DNA of 64,000 nucleotides from an uncultured Acidobacteriota bacterium (GTDB lineage Bacteria; Acidobacteriota; Thermoanaerobaculia; Multivoradales; UBA5704), in contig OY969474.1 of the NCBI GenBank assembly GCA_963700145.1, positions 2,880,001 through 2,944,000 of the forward strand, written 5' to 3'. Shown here one piece after another: positions 1-9,332 of the stretch (position 1 is its first letter; each line of letters opens with the position of its first letter). A program made the position numbers and the translations under genes. The notes beneath the pieces were generated by a model that was not told where the DNA came from, did no database searches, and was given only the letters and a program-made list of their open reading frames with translations.

Positions 1-336
1 GCACCTCCACCTCGACCCCCCGTCCCACCTCGAACCCGGCCGCCCGTAGCCACCTCCCGGAGAGCCGCAGGGAAGGCGCTGCCCCCGCCGGATGCCACCG
101 CGCCGACACCGTCCCTGCCCGCCGCCCCTCCGCCCGCGCCCACCGCGCTCCCTCAACTCCTCCCCCCGCGTCTCCTCGCGGAGCGCAGCGGTCTCTGCCG
201 CCTGCTCGTGGAGCTCGAGCAGCCGGCGATCCTCGGCGGAAAACGGATCGGGGTTGGGGAGGTAGGGACTGGAGAAGGGGCCGGGCTGGGCCGGCCGGCA
301 AACGCGGTTGCTACACTTCGTCCCACGGCTGGACAT
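1..336 (-). pseudogene. SymE-family (type I toxin-like) gene, apparently frameshifted, running off the window start
   Basis: Manual minus-strand translation of 148->1 gives ARWARAEGRRAGTVSARWHPAGAAPSLRLSGRWLRAAGFEVGRGVEVEV, matching the SymE motif P-x-LRLSGxWL-x-x-AGF-x-x-G-x-x-V-x-V. The GGAGGT-preceded ATG (336, or 345) lies in a different frame that joins at about 150-165. Not in the ORF track. Confidence 0.6.
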
Positions 337-595
337 AGAGCTCATACCTCCGGTCTGGTCGAGGGCGCGGCAGAGCGGTAAACTCTGTCGCGCCCGCTTT
401 CACTTCTCGGCCGGCGCGCTGACGCGGCCGGCTTCACGCGCTTCGTCGCCCTTCTACGCCGAACTTACGGCATCAGAAAACACCATACCAGTCAACGGCA
501 TCAGCGAGAGTACTCTACCAGCAATACTCATACGCGACAAGCCGAGTTCGCTAGTCGTCCAATCTCTGGAGGGGAGTGTTCATCACCTCAACACA

Positions 596-2272
596 ATGAT
601 CGACTTTGCCGCAATTCAGGGGCCTCGTGGCTCGAGGGAAGCTAACTTCGCACAATTGGTCGGCGAGGTTCTGGCACGCGAACGTAAGGCCTTCACACTC
701 GACGGCGCGGGAGGTGATGAAGGTATCGACTCCTATGCGACAGATGAAACCGGCGTCCTTACGATCTTTCAGGCGAAATACTTTAGGGGCCGTATAAGCT
801 CTTCTCGTCGCTCCCAGATACGGCGCTCGTTCGATATCGCGCAGCGACACCCAAAACCATTTCGCTGGATCCTCTGCACTCCGGTTGACCCGACACCTGC
901 TGAAGGCCGTTGGCTACAATCGCTGGCGATCGGCAAAGACACGACTGTTGAGTGGTGGGGCGAAACCTACCTGCGGAGCCTGATTTCTCGCCATGTCGAT
1001 CTTGTGGCAGCTTTTTTCCCAGAGCAAAGAATTCTTTCTGAACTGAAGACTATCCGTCAAGAGCTGGGCTCCTATCATGCAATTGTAAGCGCCAAAGCAT
1101 CCTTCCTACGATACGGGGAAAGTGTTGAGGGCGTATATCTCAGAGAAGCGGCCGAGCTTTCGCGGCTCCTTCATGAAGACAGACCACTTGCGGAAAAGCC
1201 TGGGGGCGGCAGCCTCGTTGTAATAGATTTTAGTGAGTTATATCGGTACATGGCAACTGTGCCCACGTTAGTCCTTGCTCGGCCGATTGTGGATTACTGC
1301 ATTGAAACCTCTCCCGCTCCTCTTACGCTTGCACCCGGGGGTACCCTACATCTGCACCGCCTAACGAAAGCGATCGCCTATGATACGCCTCCATGGCGAG
1401 CAATCCGTAATTTTGAACAGGAGCTTCTGGCCATGCGAGATGCTTTCGTAAGCTCCTATGAGAGTGATCCGAAAGGTAAAGCAACTGCGCGCGCTTACAA
1501 CCAACTGATGCACGCTGTCGCTCCATCCGAACATTTAACATATAGTGGTCTTCAACGTCTGACGAAATTGTTCCGTAGTGGACGACTACGGCCTTGGAGC
1601 CGCGCCACTCCCCCCGGAGATGAGCTCCTATTCAAGATCCACCATCGCCTCGAAATGATTCGCCAAGGACGGAGCTTTGCGAACCTAGCCAGCTCTATAG
1701 ACCTGCGAGCTATTATAGAAGCTCGAGAATCAGGAGAGAGCAGCGTAACAGTAGTGACTTCGGCTCCTTACTTTCGGCTCATCGCCGCTGATATATTCGC
1801 CAACGACTCGCCTATCAGGTCGACGCGTCAATACGGTCAGTTGCTGTACCTTGCCGAACTAAGCCGAACTGGCGTCGATTGGACAGGGATTTTAGACACC
1901 CTCGGAGATGTCATCGATGGGATGCAGAGAATTCTGCCTGGGCTAGATGCATTCCTCGATGGTAGCAGTCTTCTTAGTCATAAAGAAGTAGAAGTGTTAG
2001 AGCGGTTTGCCAAGTGCTATAGAATTCTGCTAAGGCCGGTGGACCAGATGGTCGAGAGTGGATTTCAAGCGGTAAACAGGAGCGCACTCGCTTCGATGAC
2101 GGAGCTTTATCGGGCGCTGAGTTCGGAAGCGGAGCTCACGGCCGCCTTTCGTGTATGGTGGGAGCGGCTATGTATGGCTGCTGCTGAATTGCAGGAATAT
2201 CTCACTGATAACTACGATACCGACGAACTAACCACTCTGTTTGCGTCAGTCAGAGGAAAGGAGGTCAAGTGA
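596..2272 (+). CDS. N-terminal Mrr-like PD-(D/E)xK restriction endonuclease domain fused to a C-terminal region with PIN-like motifs; putative defence protein
   Basis: DGAGGDEGIDSY...IFQAKYF...WILCTP...EWWGETYL nuclease signature. Later VVIDFSELY...IDLRAI...VVTSA resembles PIN. Markedly lower GC than flanks. ATG 596 is in frame with ORF 308..2272. Confidence 0.6.
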   Translation: MIDFAAIQGPRGSREANFAQLVGEVLARERKAFTLDGAGGDEGIDSYATDETGVLTIFQAKYFRGRISSSRRSQIRRSFDIAQRHPKPFRWILCTPVDPTPAEGRWLQSLAIGKDTTVEWWGETYLRSLISRHVDLVAAFFPEQRILSELKTIRQELGSYHAIVSAKASFLRYGESVEGVYLREAAELSRLLHEDRPLAEKPGGGSLVVIDFSELYRYMATVPTLVLARPIVDYCIETSPAPLTLAPGGTLHLHRLTKAIAYDTPPWRAIRNFEQELLAMRDAFVSSYESDPKGKATARAYNQLMHAVAPSEHLTYSGLQRLTKLFRSGRLRPWSRATPPGDELLFKIHHRLEMIRQGRSFANLASSIDLRAIIEARESGESSVTVVTSAPYFRLIAADIFANDSPIRSTRQYGQLLYLAELSRTGVDWTGILDTLGDVIDGMQRILPGLDAFLDGSSLLSHKEVEVLERFAKCYRILLRPVDQMVESGFQAVNRSALASMTELYRALSSEAELTAAFRVWWERLCMAAAELQEYLTDNYDTDELTTLFASVRGKEVK

Positions 2273-2486
2273 GGCCGCAGAGCATGGTGCCGAACCCGGC
2301 CCCTTGAACGACGTTCGGCTTCGTCGTCGGTCTCGTGTATGCCAACGATACCGACGCAACGCATCGACGGGCTCTCGATACTCGTGCGCGGGCTCTCGAG
2401 CCGGCCGACATGCCCTATGGGAACCGCCGTTGTATGGTGGAAGATCTCTGAGGTAACACCTGGCAAATCGCCACTCGTAGGAGGTC

Positions 2487-2975
2487 ATGATGCCGCCTAG
2501 TCCGTCGATGCCGCCGGTCGCCAAGGCGCAGATGCTCATCCGCAAGCCGGTCACGGAGGTGTTCGAGGCGATGGTCGATCCCGCCGTCACTTCGCGCTTC
2601 TGGTTCTCCAAGGGCAGCGGCCGGCTGGAGGCCGGCAAGCACGTTCGGTGGGACTGGGAGATGTACGGCGTCTCCGCCGAGGTCGACGTGAAGGAGGTCG
2701 AGGAGAACCGGCGGATCCTCGTCGAATGGGGCGGGCCGGACAACCCGACCTCGATCGAGTGGACGTTCGAGCCCCGAGGCGAGGACCGGACCTTCGTCAC
2801 GGTCAAGAACTGGGGCTTCGGCGGCGACGCGGAGAAGGTTGTCGCGGAGGCACTCGATTCGACCGGCGGCTTCACCTTCTTGCTCGCCGGCCTCAAGGCG
2901 TTCCTGGAGCACGGGATCGAGTTGAACCTCATCGCCGACCACGAGCCGACCGCGCTCGTCGAAGGCTGGGCTTAG
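2487..2975 (+). CDS. SRPBCC/AHSA1 (START-like) domain protein
   Basis: AQMLIRKPVTEVFEAMVDPAVTSRFWFSKGSGRLEAGK; AGGAGG RBS upstream. Confidence 0.85.
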   Translation: MMPPSPSMPPVAKAQMLIRKPVTEVFEAMVDPAVTSRFWFSKGSGRLEAGKHVRWDWEMYGVSAEVDVKEVEENRRILVEWGGPDNPTSIEWTFEPRGEDRTFVTVKNWGFGGDAEKVVAEALDSTGGFTFLLAGLKAFLEHGIELNLIADHEPTALVEGWA

Positions 2976-2987
2976 CCTCCCGCCGCG

Positions 2988-4052
2988 ATGCAGCTCGGCA
3001 TCCTTGGTCTTCCCAAGGTCGGCAAGACGACCCTTTTCAACACGCTCACGGCGTCGCGCCAGGAGACGGGGAAGTTCGCTGCCTCGGCGGCGACGAACAT
3101 GGGGGTGGCTTCCGTACCGGACCGGCGACTGGAGCAGCTTCGGGACCTGTTCAAGCCGCGGCGGTATCAGCCGGCGACGGTGCAGTATGTGGACATCCCG
3201 GGGATCTCGCGCGGCGAGGGGAAGGAGAGCCTGGACCTCGTCAAGCTCAAGGGGATGGACGCGCTGGTGCACGTGGTGCGGGCCTTCGTCGATCCGGAGA
3301 TCGTGCACGCCGAGGGGAGCGTGGATCCGGCGCGGGACATCGCGACGCTCGACCTGGAGCTGATCCTGGCCGACCACGATCTGGTGGAGCGGCGGCTGGA
3401 GCGGCTGGAGAAGGCCGTGAAGCGCGGGCTCTCGGAGGAGGAGAAGCGGGAGCGGACGCTGCTCCAGGAGGTGGTGCTGCCGCGGCTGGAGGCGGAGCGG
3501 CCGCTGCGCGAGGCGGAACTCGAGCCGGACGACGAGCGGCGGCTGCGCGGGTTCCAGCTGCTGTCGGCGAAGCCGCTCCTGGTAGTGCTGAACGTGGACG
3601 AGGGACGGGTGGCGGAGCACGCGGAGCGGGAGCTGACGCTCGGGACGGCGGTCAGGGCGGTGGCGGTGTCGGCGCCGATCGAGGAGGAGATCGGGCGGCT
3701 GGCGCCGGAGGAGCAGGCGGAGTTTCTGGGGGCGCTGGGGTTGGAGGAGCCGAGTCTGGATCGGGTGGCGCGGGCTAGTCAGGAGCTTCTTGGGTTGATC
3801 TCTTTTTTCACTGTCGGGGAGGACGAGGTGCGGGCTTGGACGGTGCGGCGGGGGACGCGGGCGCGGGCGGCTGCCGGGACGATTCACTCGGATATCGAGC
3901 GGGGGTTTATTCGGGCGGAGGTGGTGCGGTGGGATGAGCTGCTGCGGTTGCGGACGTTGGCGGCTTGCCGGGAGCAAGGGGTGCTGCGGTTGGAGGGGAA
4001 GGAGTATGCCGTGCAGGACGGGGACGTGGTGCATTTTAGGTTCAACGTCTAG
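2988..4052 (+). CDS. ychF: Redox-regulated ATPase YchF (Obg family)
   Basis: GLPKVGKTT P-loop, VDIPG, LISFFTVGEDEVRAWT, AAGTIHSDIERGFIRAEV, C-terminal DGDVVHFRFNV. Confidence 0.95.
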   Translation: MQLGILGLPKVGKTTLFNTLTASRQETGKFAASAATNMGVASVPDRRLEQLRDLFKPRRYQPATVQYVDIPGISRGEGKESLDLVKLKGMDALVHVVRAFVDPEIVHAEGSVDPARDIATLDLELILADHDLVERRLERLEKAVKRGLSEEEKRERTLLQEVVLPRLEAERPLREAELEPDDERRLRGFQLLSAKPLLVVLNVDEGRVAEHAERELTLGTAVRAVAVSAPIEEEIGRLAPEEQAEFLGALGLEEPSLDRVARASQELLGLISFFTVGEDEVRAWTVRRGTRARAAAGTIHSDIERGFIRAEVVRWDELLRLRTLAACREQGVLRLEGKEYAVQDGDVVHFRFNV

Positions 4053-4071
4053 GAGTTAGGGGTCGTGGTGG

Positions 4072-4237
4072 AGGGCGTGCGGGGGGCTTGCGCCGGGCAC
4101 CGCCGCGCGCTGTGAGTGGACTGCTTGATCTGAGGCGCGCGGCTGCGCTTCGCTGCGCGCCTGGATCGCTCTCGGACTGCGGAGGACCTGCCCGGCGCTT
4201 GCTCAGAGCTGCCCGGCGCAAGCCCCCCGCACGCCCT
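4072..4237. repeat. MITE/REP-like element with perfect 28-bp terminal inverted repeats
   Basis: AGGGCGTGCGGGGGGCTTGCGCCGGGCA (4072-4099) is the exact reverse complement of 4210-4237. Internal hairpin AGGCGCGCGGC...GCTGCGCGCCT. Lies between convergent genes. Confidence 0.8.
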
Positions 4238-4274
4238 GGGACCGTCCTACCGAAAAAACAGCAAGATCCTTCCC

Positions 4275-5258
4275 TTACCCAGCCGCTCCTAGGCCAGTCC
4301 TTGAGGTCCGCTGTCTCCTCGGGCTGATCTGGAGGTCCAGGCGGCCGGTGCTTTGGATGCCGGGGCGGACGATGACTGTGGTGGAAGGCGGGGGGATGGG
4401 CTCTTCCATCGTGTCGCCGCGGCCTTCGGGGTCTTGGGAGGTCCAGTCGGGCTGGGCGGGCGGGACGTAGGCTGGCGGGGGGGCCATGTTGCGGCCGCGG
4501 GGGACGCCGCCGCCGCCGCCGACCTGGTTGACTCCGCCTCCCTGGAGGCTGCCGGGCTGGAGGACTCGCGTTCCCTCGGGAGTAGCGCCGGGGGGCTGGG
4601 TCTGGATGCCGGGGATGGTCGGGGTGCCGGCGGTCTCGTCGCGCTCGGTGAGGGTCTCGTCGGGGGCGGCGACCGGGGGCACGAGGAGCTCGGCGATGCG
4701 GTTGGGCTGCTCGTAGACCGGCGGCGGGAAGGTGTCGGGCTCTTCGCCTTCGCTGTAGGCCTGGAGCATCGCCTCGGTCACCAGGTCGCTCTGGATCACC
4801 TGCGGGTTGATCTCCGGGAAGGCGAGCTGCGGGTCGAGGCGGAAGGCGCGGGCGTAGGACTCGATGGCCCGCGCGTCGTTGCCGTCGGCCTCGAGGAGAG
4901 CGCCGACCTGGAAGTGGGCCCAGGCGTGGCGCGGCTGCTGGTCCAAGACGGCGCGGTACTGGCGCAGCGCCTTGCGCCGCTCGCCGCGCTGCTGGAGGAG
5001 GAGCCCCAAGTTGAAGCGCGCCGAGACGCGTTCGGGGTCGAGCTCGAGGGCGCGCTGGTAGGCCTCCTCGGCCTCCTCCGGCCGGCCGGCCATCTGCAGC
5101 AGGTTGCCGAGGTCGTTGAATGCGCCGGGGTCGTCGGGCCGCTGCTGGACGAGCTGCCGCTGGACTTCAAGCGCCTTGGACAGGTTGGGGGGGGCCGCGG
5201 CCCAGGCGGTCAGGGCGATCAGCGGCAGGGCGAGCGCCCAGGGAATCCATCGTCGCAC
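4275..5258 (-). CDS. Secreted tetratricopeptide-repeat protein with Pro/Gly-rich C-terminus
   Basis: Signal peptide; TPR motifs AFNDLGNLL, ARFNLGLLL, AHFQVGALL. Confidence 0.85.
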   Translation of the reverse strand: MRRWIPWALALPLIALTAWAAAPPNLSKALEVQRQLVQQRPDDPGAFNDLGNLLQMAGRPEEAEEAYQRALELDPERVSARFNLGLLLQQRGERRKALRQYRAVLDQQPRHAWAHFQVGALLEADGNDARAIESYARAFRLDPQLAFPEINPQVIQSDLVTEAMLQAYSEGEEPDTFPPPVYEQPNRIAELLVPPVAAPDETLTERDETAGTPTIPGIQTQPPGATPEGTRVLQPGSLQGGGVNQVGGGGGVPRGRNMAPPPAYVPPAQPDWTSQDPEGRGDTMEEPIPPPSTTVIVRPGIQSTGRLDLQISPRRQRTSRTGLGAAG

Positions 5259-5269
5259 GTCGTCTCTCC

Positions 5270-5893
5270 TTAGTCGGTGATGGGCCGCGCCTTGAGCCGG
5301 GGCTTGCCGTCCTCGACCGCGATCCGGAACTGCACCGCGGCGCAGCCGGTCTTGGCGCGGATCGCCGCCGCCTGCCGGGCGAGGTAGGCCCCGAAGCCGG
5401 CGAGGTCGAAGACCGCCTTGCCGCCGCCGCCGAGGCCGGCGTAGAGGGCGGCGACGGCCGCGGGCTCGGGCCGGTCGTCCATCACGATGCCGCGCTCGGC
5501 GTCGTAGCGGGGAGGCGCGGCCGGGGCCGGCGCGTGGCGCGGCCCGCGGCGCCCCTCCTCGCGGTCGCGGAGGCGGCGGTTGAACTGCTCGTTGTAGGTG
5601 TTGAAGCGAGACTCCAGCTCGGCCAGGCGGAAGTTGTCGGCGGCGGCGCGGAAGGTGGTGTTCCTGAGGCTGCGGAGCTGGGCCTGGATGCGCTCGCGCA
5701 GCGCCTCGGGGGGGAGCGGCACGCCGCCGTTGAAGAAACGCTCGAACTCGACCCGCAGCTGGCGGATCTCCTCGCCCAGGAGGTCGAGGATCCGCGTCGG
5801 CGGCGGCGCGGGGGCCGGCGCCTGCCGGGCGGCGGCGGCGCGGCGCGCGGCGGCCGTCGCCGGGGCCTGCGGGCTAGAATCCGGTCTGGAGAT
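5270..5893 (-). CDS. MXAN_5187 C-terminal-domain-like protein (start uncertain)
   Basis: LRVEFERFFNGGVPLPP...SRFNTYNEQFNRRLRDREEG and C-terminal KTGCAAVQFRIAVEDGKPRLKARP. No canonical start before it runs into selA. Confidence 0.6.
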   Translation of the reverse strand: MSRPDSSPQAPATAAARRAAAARQAPAPAPPPTRILDLLGEEIRQLRVEFERFFNGGVPLPPEALRERIQAQLRSLRNTTFRAAADNFRLAELESRFNTYNEQFNRRLRDREEGRRGPRHAPAPAAPPRYDAERGIVMDDRPEPAAVAALYAGLGGGGKAVFDLAGFGAYLARQAAAIRAKTGCAAVQFRIAVEDGKPRLKARPITD

Positions 5894-7250
5894 GGGTGCC
5901 CTCGATTCGCGTCGCCTGATTCCGTCGGTCGATCGGCTCCTGGGCGACCCGAGGATCGCGAGCCTCTTCCCATTATACGGACGGGCCCAGGTGAGCGCCC
6001 AAGCGCGGCGGGAGGTCGAGGCGGCGCGGGCGCGGCTGGCCGCCGAGCCGCCGCCGTCGCGCGAGGAGGCGCTGGCCGCCGTCGCCGCGCTCCCCGAGCG
6101 GCTCGCCGCCAATCTGGAGGAGCGGTTGGGCGGCGGCCTGCGACGGGCGCTCAACGCGACCGGCATCTTCCTCCACACCAACCTCGGGCGCGCGCCGCTG
6201 CCGCAGAGCGTGGCGCGGGCGCTGCCGCCGCTCCTCGACGCCTACTGCGACCTCGAATTCGAGCTCGACGACGGGCGGCGCGGCGACCGCAACCGCCGCC
6301 TCGAGCGCCTGCTGACCGCCGCGACCGGCGCCGAGGCGGCGCTCGTGGTCAACAACAACGCCGCCGCGCTGGTCTTGGCGCTGGCGGTGCTGGCGCGGGA
6401 GCGGGAGGTCGTCGTCTCGCGCGGCGAGCTGGTCGAGATCGGCGGCTCCTTCCGCATCCCGGAGATCCTCGCCGCCGCCGGCGCCCGCCTGGTCGAGGTG
6501 GGGTCGACCAACCGTACCCGCCTCGCCGACTACGAGCGGGCGATCGGGCCCGAGACGGCGCTGCTGCTCAAGGTCTTCCCCAGCAACTTCCGGGTGGTCG
6601 GCTTCACCGCGTCGGTCGCGCCGGCCGAGCTGGTCGAGCTGGGGCGGCGGCGCGGCCTGCCGCTTTTGGTCGACGAGGGGAGCGGGCTCCTCCGCCCGCA
6701 CCCGGCGCCGGCGCTCGCGGGGCATCCGAGCCTCTCGGAGCTCGTGGCCGCCGGCTGCGACCTCGCCTGCGGCAGCGGCGACAAGCTGCTCGGCGGGCCG
6801 CAAGCCGGGCTCCTGGTCGGGCGAGCGGAGGTCGTCGTGCGCTGCCGCAAGCACCCGCTCTACCGCGCCCTGCGCCCCGACCGCGCCGGCGTGGCGGCGC
6901 TCGAAGGGGTGCTCAAGCTCCACCTCGCCGGCGCGCCGCTGCCGCTCGACCGCCTCTGGCCGGACCCTGCCGCGCACCGGCGGCGGCTGGAGAGCGCGGC
7001 GGCGGCGGTGGGAGCGGAGATCGTGCCGGCCGAGGCGTTCCTGGGCGGCGGCTCGGCGCCCGAGGCGCCGCTGCAGGGGGAGGCGCTGGCCCTGCCGGGG
7101 GACGACGCCCTCCTCCGCCGGCTGCGCACGGGCGACCCCCCGGTCGTCGGCTACCTGCGCGGCGGGCGGCTCCTCCTCGACCTCCGCACCGTCGATCCCG
7201 AGGACGACCCGCTCCTCGTCGCGGCGGTGCGCGCCGCGCTCGCCGGGTGA
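5892..7250 (+). CDS. selA: L-seryl-tRNA(Sec) selenium transferase
   Basis: LNATGIFLHTNLGRAPL, VVNNNAAA, SRGELVEIGGSFRIP, PLP-lysine motif SGDKLLGGPQAG. Confidence 0.93.
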   Translation: MGALDSRRLIPSVDRLLGDPRIASLFPLYGRAQVSAQARREVEAARARLAAEPPPSREEALAAVAALPERLAANLEERLGGGLRRALNATGIFLHTNLGRAPLPQSVARALPPLLDAYCDLEFELDDGRRGDRNRRLERLLTAATGAEAALVVNNNAAALVLALAVLAREREVVVSRGELVEIGGSFRIPEILAAAGARLVEVGSTNRTRLADYERAIGPETALLLKVFPSNFRVVGFTASVAPAELVELGRRRGLPLLVDEGSGLLRPHPAPALAGHPSLSELVAAGCDLACGSGDKLLGGPQAGLLVGRAEVVVRCRKHPLYRALRPDRAGVAALEGVLKLHLAGAPLPLDRLWPDPAAHRRRLESAAAAVGAEIVPAEAFLGGGSAPEAPLQGEALALPGDDALLRRLRTGDPPVVGYLRGGRLLLDLRTVDPEDDPLLVAAVRAALAG

Positions 7251-7275
7251 GGCGGGGGGCCCGCGAGGCCACGGC

Positions 7276-8577
<1,302 letters not shown>

Positions 8578-8586
8578 GCTCTCGGC

Positions 8587-9330
8587 CTAGGGCGCGGCGG
8601 GGGGCGCCGGCGCGGCGGGCTCGGGGGCCGTCTCGAGGCGCATGGCGCTGGTCTCGAACTTGACCGCGGCGAAGGCGAAGACGCCGGGGAAGTCGGCGCG
8701 GAAGCCGGTCGTCTCGCCGGCGGGGAGCACCGTCGTCGCCAGCTCGGCGGCGACGCTGGCGATCAGCCCGCCCCCGTCGTCGAAGAGGCTGACGACGAGG
8801 CCGGAGTCGGCCGCGGTCGCGGCGGCCGTGTTGCGCACGGCGCCGGTGATCATGACGTGGCGGTCGACGCTGTCGTCCTCCCGCTCCCACGACGTCACCT
8901 GCAGCACCGGCCCGGCCGCCGGCGCCGGCGCGCTCGCGGCGGCCTCCGGGGCCGCGCCGGTGCCGCCCGCGACGCCCTCCGGCGGGGCCGGCGGCGCGGC
9001 GCGCGGGAAGTCCTTGTCGGTGAGCACCCGCACGGGACGGCGCTTGGCCGGCGGCTTCTTGGCCGTCTCCGCGCTCGCCGCCGCCGCGGCGCCCGCCTCG
9101 GCGGTGACGGCGCGGCTGGTCTCGAGGTCCACGTCGGCCAAGCGGAGCGAGGCGAGGTCGCCGGCCGCGGTCTTGAAGACCACGAGCTTGCCCTTGACCT
9201 GCCAGGCGCCGGCGGTCTCGACGCGCGCGCCGTCGCGCGTCACCAGCCAGTCGGCGCGCGCCGCGGGGGCGACGGCGGCGGTCGCGGCGAGCAGGGTGGC
9301 GGCGATGCGGGAGGCGCGCGCTCGGCTCAT
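8587..9330 (-). CDS. Secreted hypothetical protein with FxLYD-like C-terminal Ig domain
   Basis: Signal peptide MSRARASRIAATLLAA...ARA/D; C-terminal ITGAVRNT...VSLFDDGGGLI. Directly downstream of pilY1. Confidence 0.6.
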   Translation of the reverse strand: MSRARASRIAATLLAATAAVAPAARADWLVTRDGARVETAGAWQVKGKLVVFKTAAGDLASLRLADVDLETSRAVTAEAGAAAAASAETAKKPPAKRRPVRVLTDKDFPRAAPPAPPEGVAGGTGAAPEAAASAPAPAAGPVLQVTSWEREDDSVDRHVMITGAVRNTAAATAADSGLVVSLFDDGGGLIASVAAELATTVLPAGETTGFRADFPGVFAFAAVKFETSAMRLETAPEPAAPAPPAAP

Positions 9331-9332
9331 GC

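Noticed and set aside
308-595. N-terminal extension of the nuclease ORF from TTG 308
   Set aside because: It overlaps the divergent symE-like start and intergenic region; the recognisable domain begins at ATG 596.
5892-7250. Selenocysteine operon, tRNA-Sec or recoded UGA genes
   Set aside because: No selB, selD or selC recognised in the window and no gene needing UGA read-through; a stand-alone selA is ordinary.
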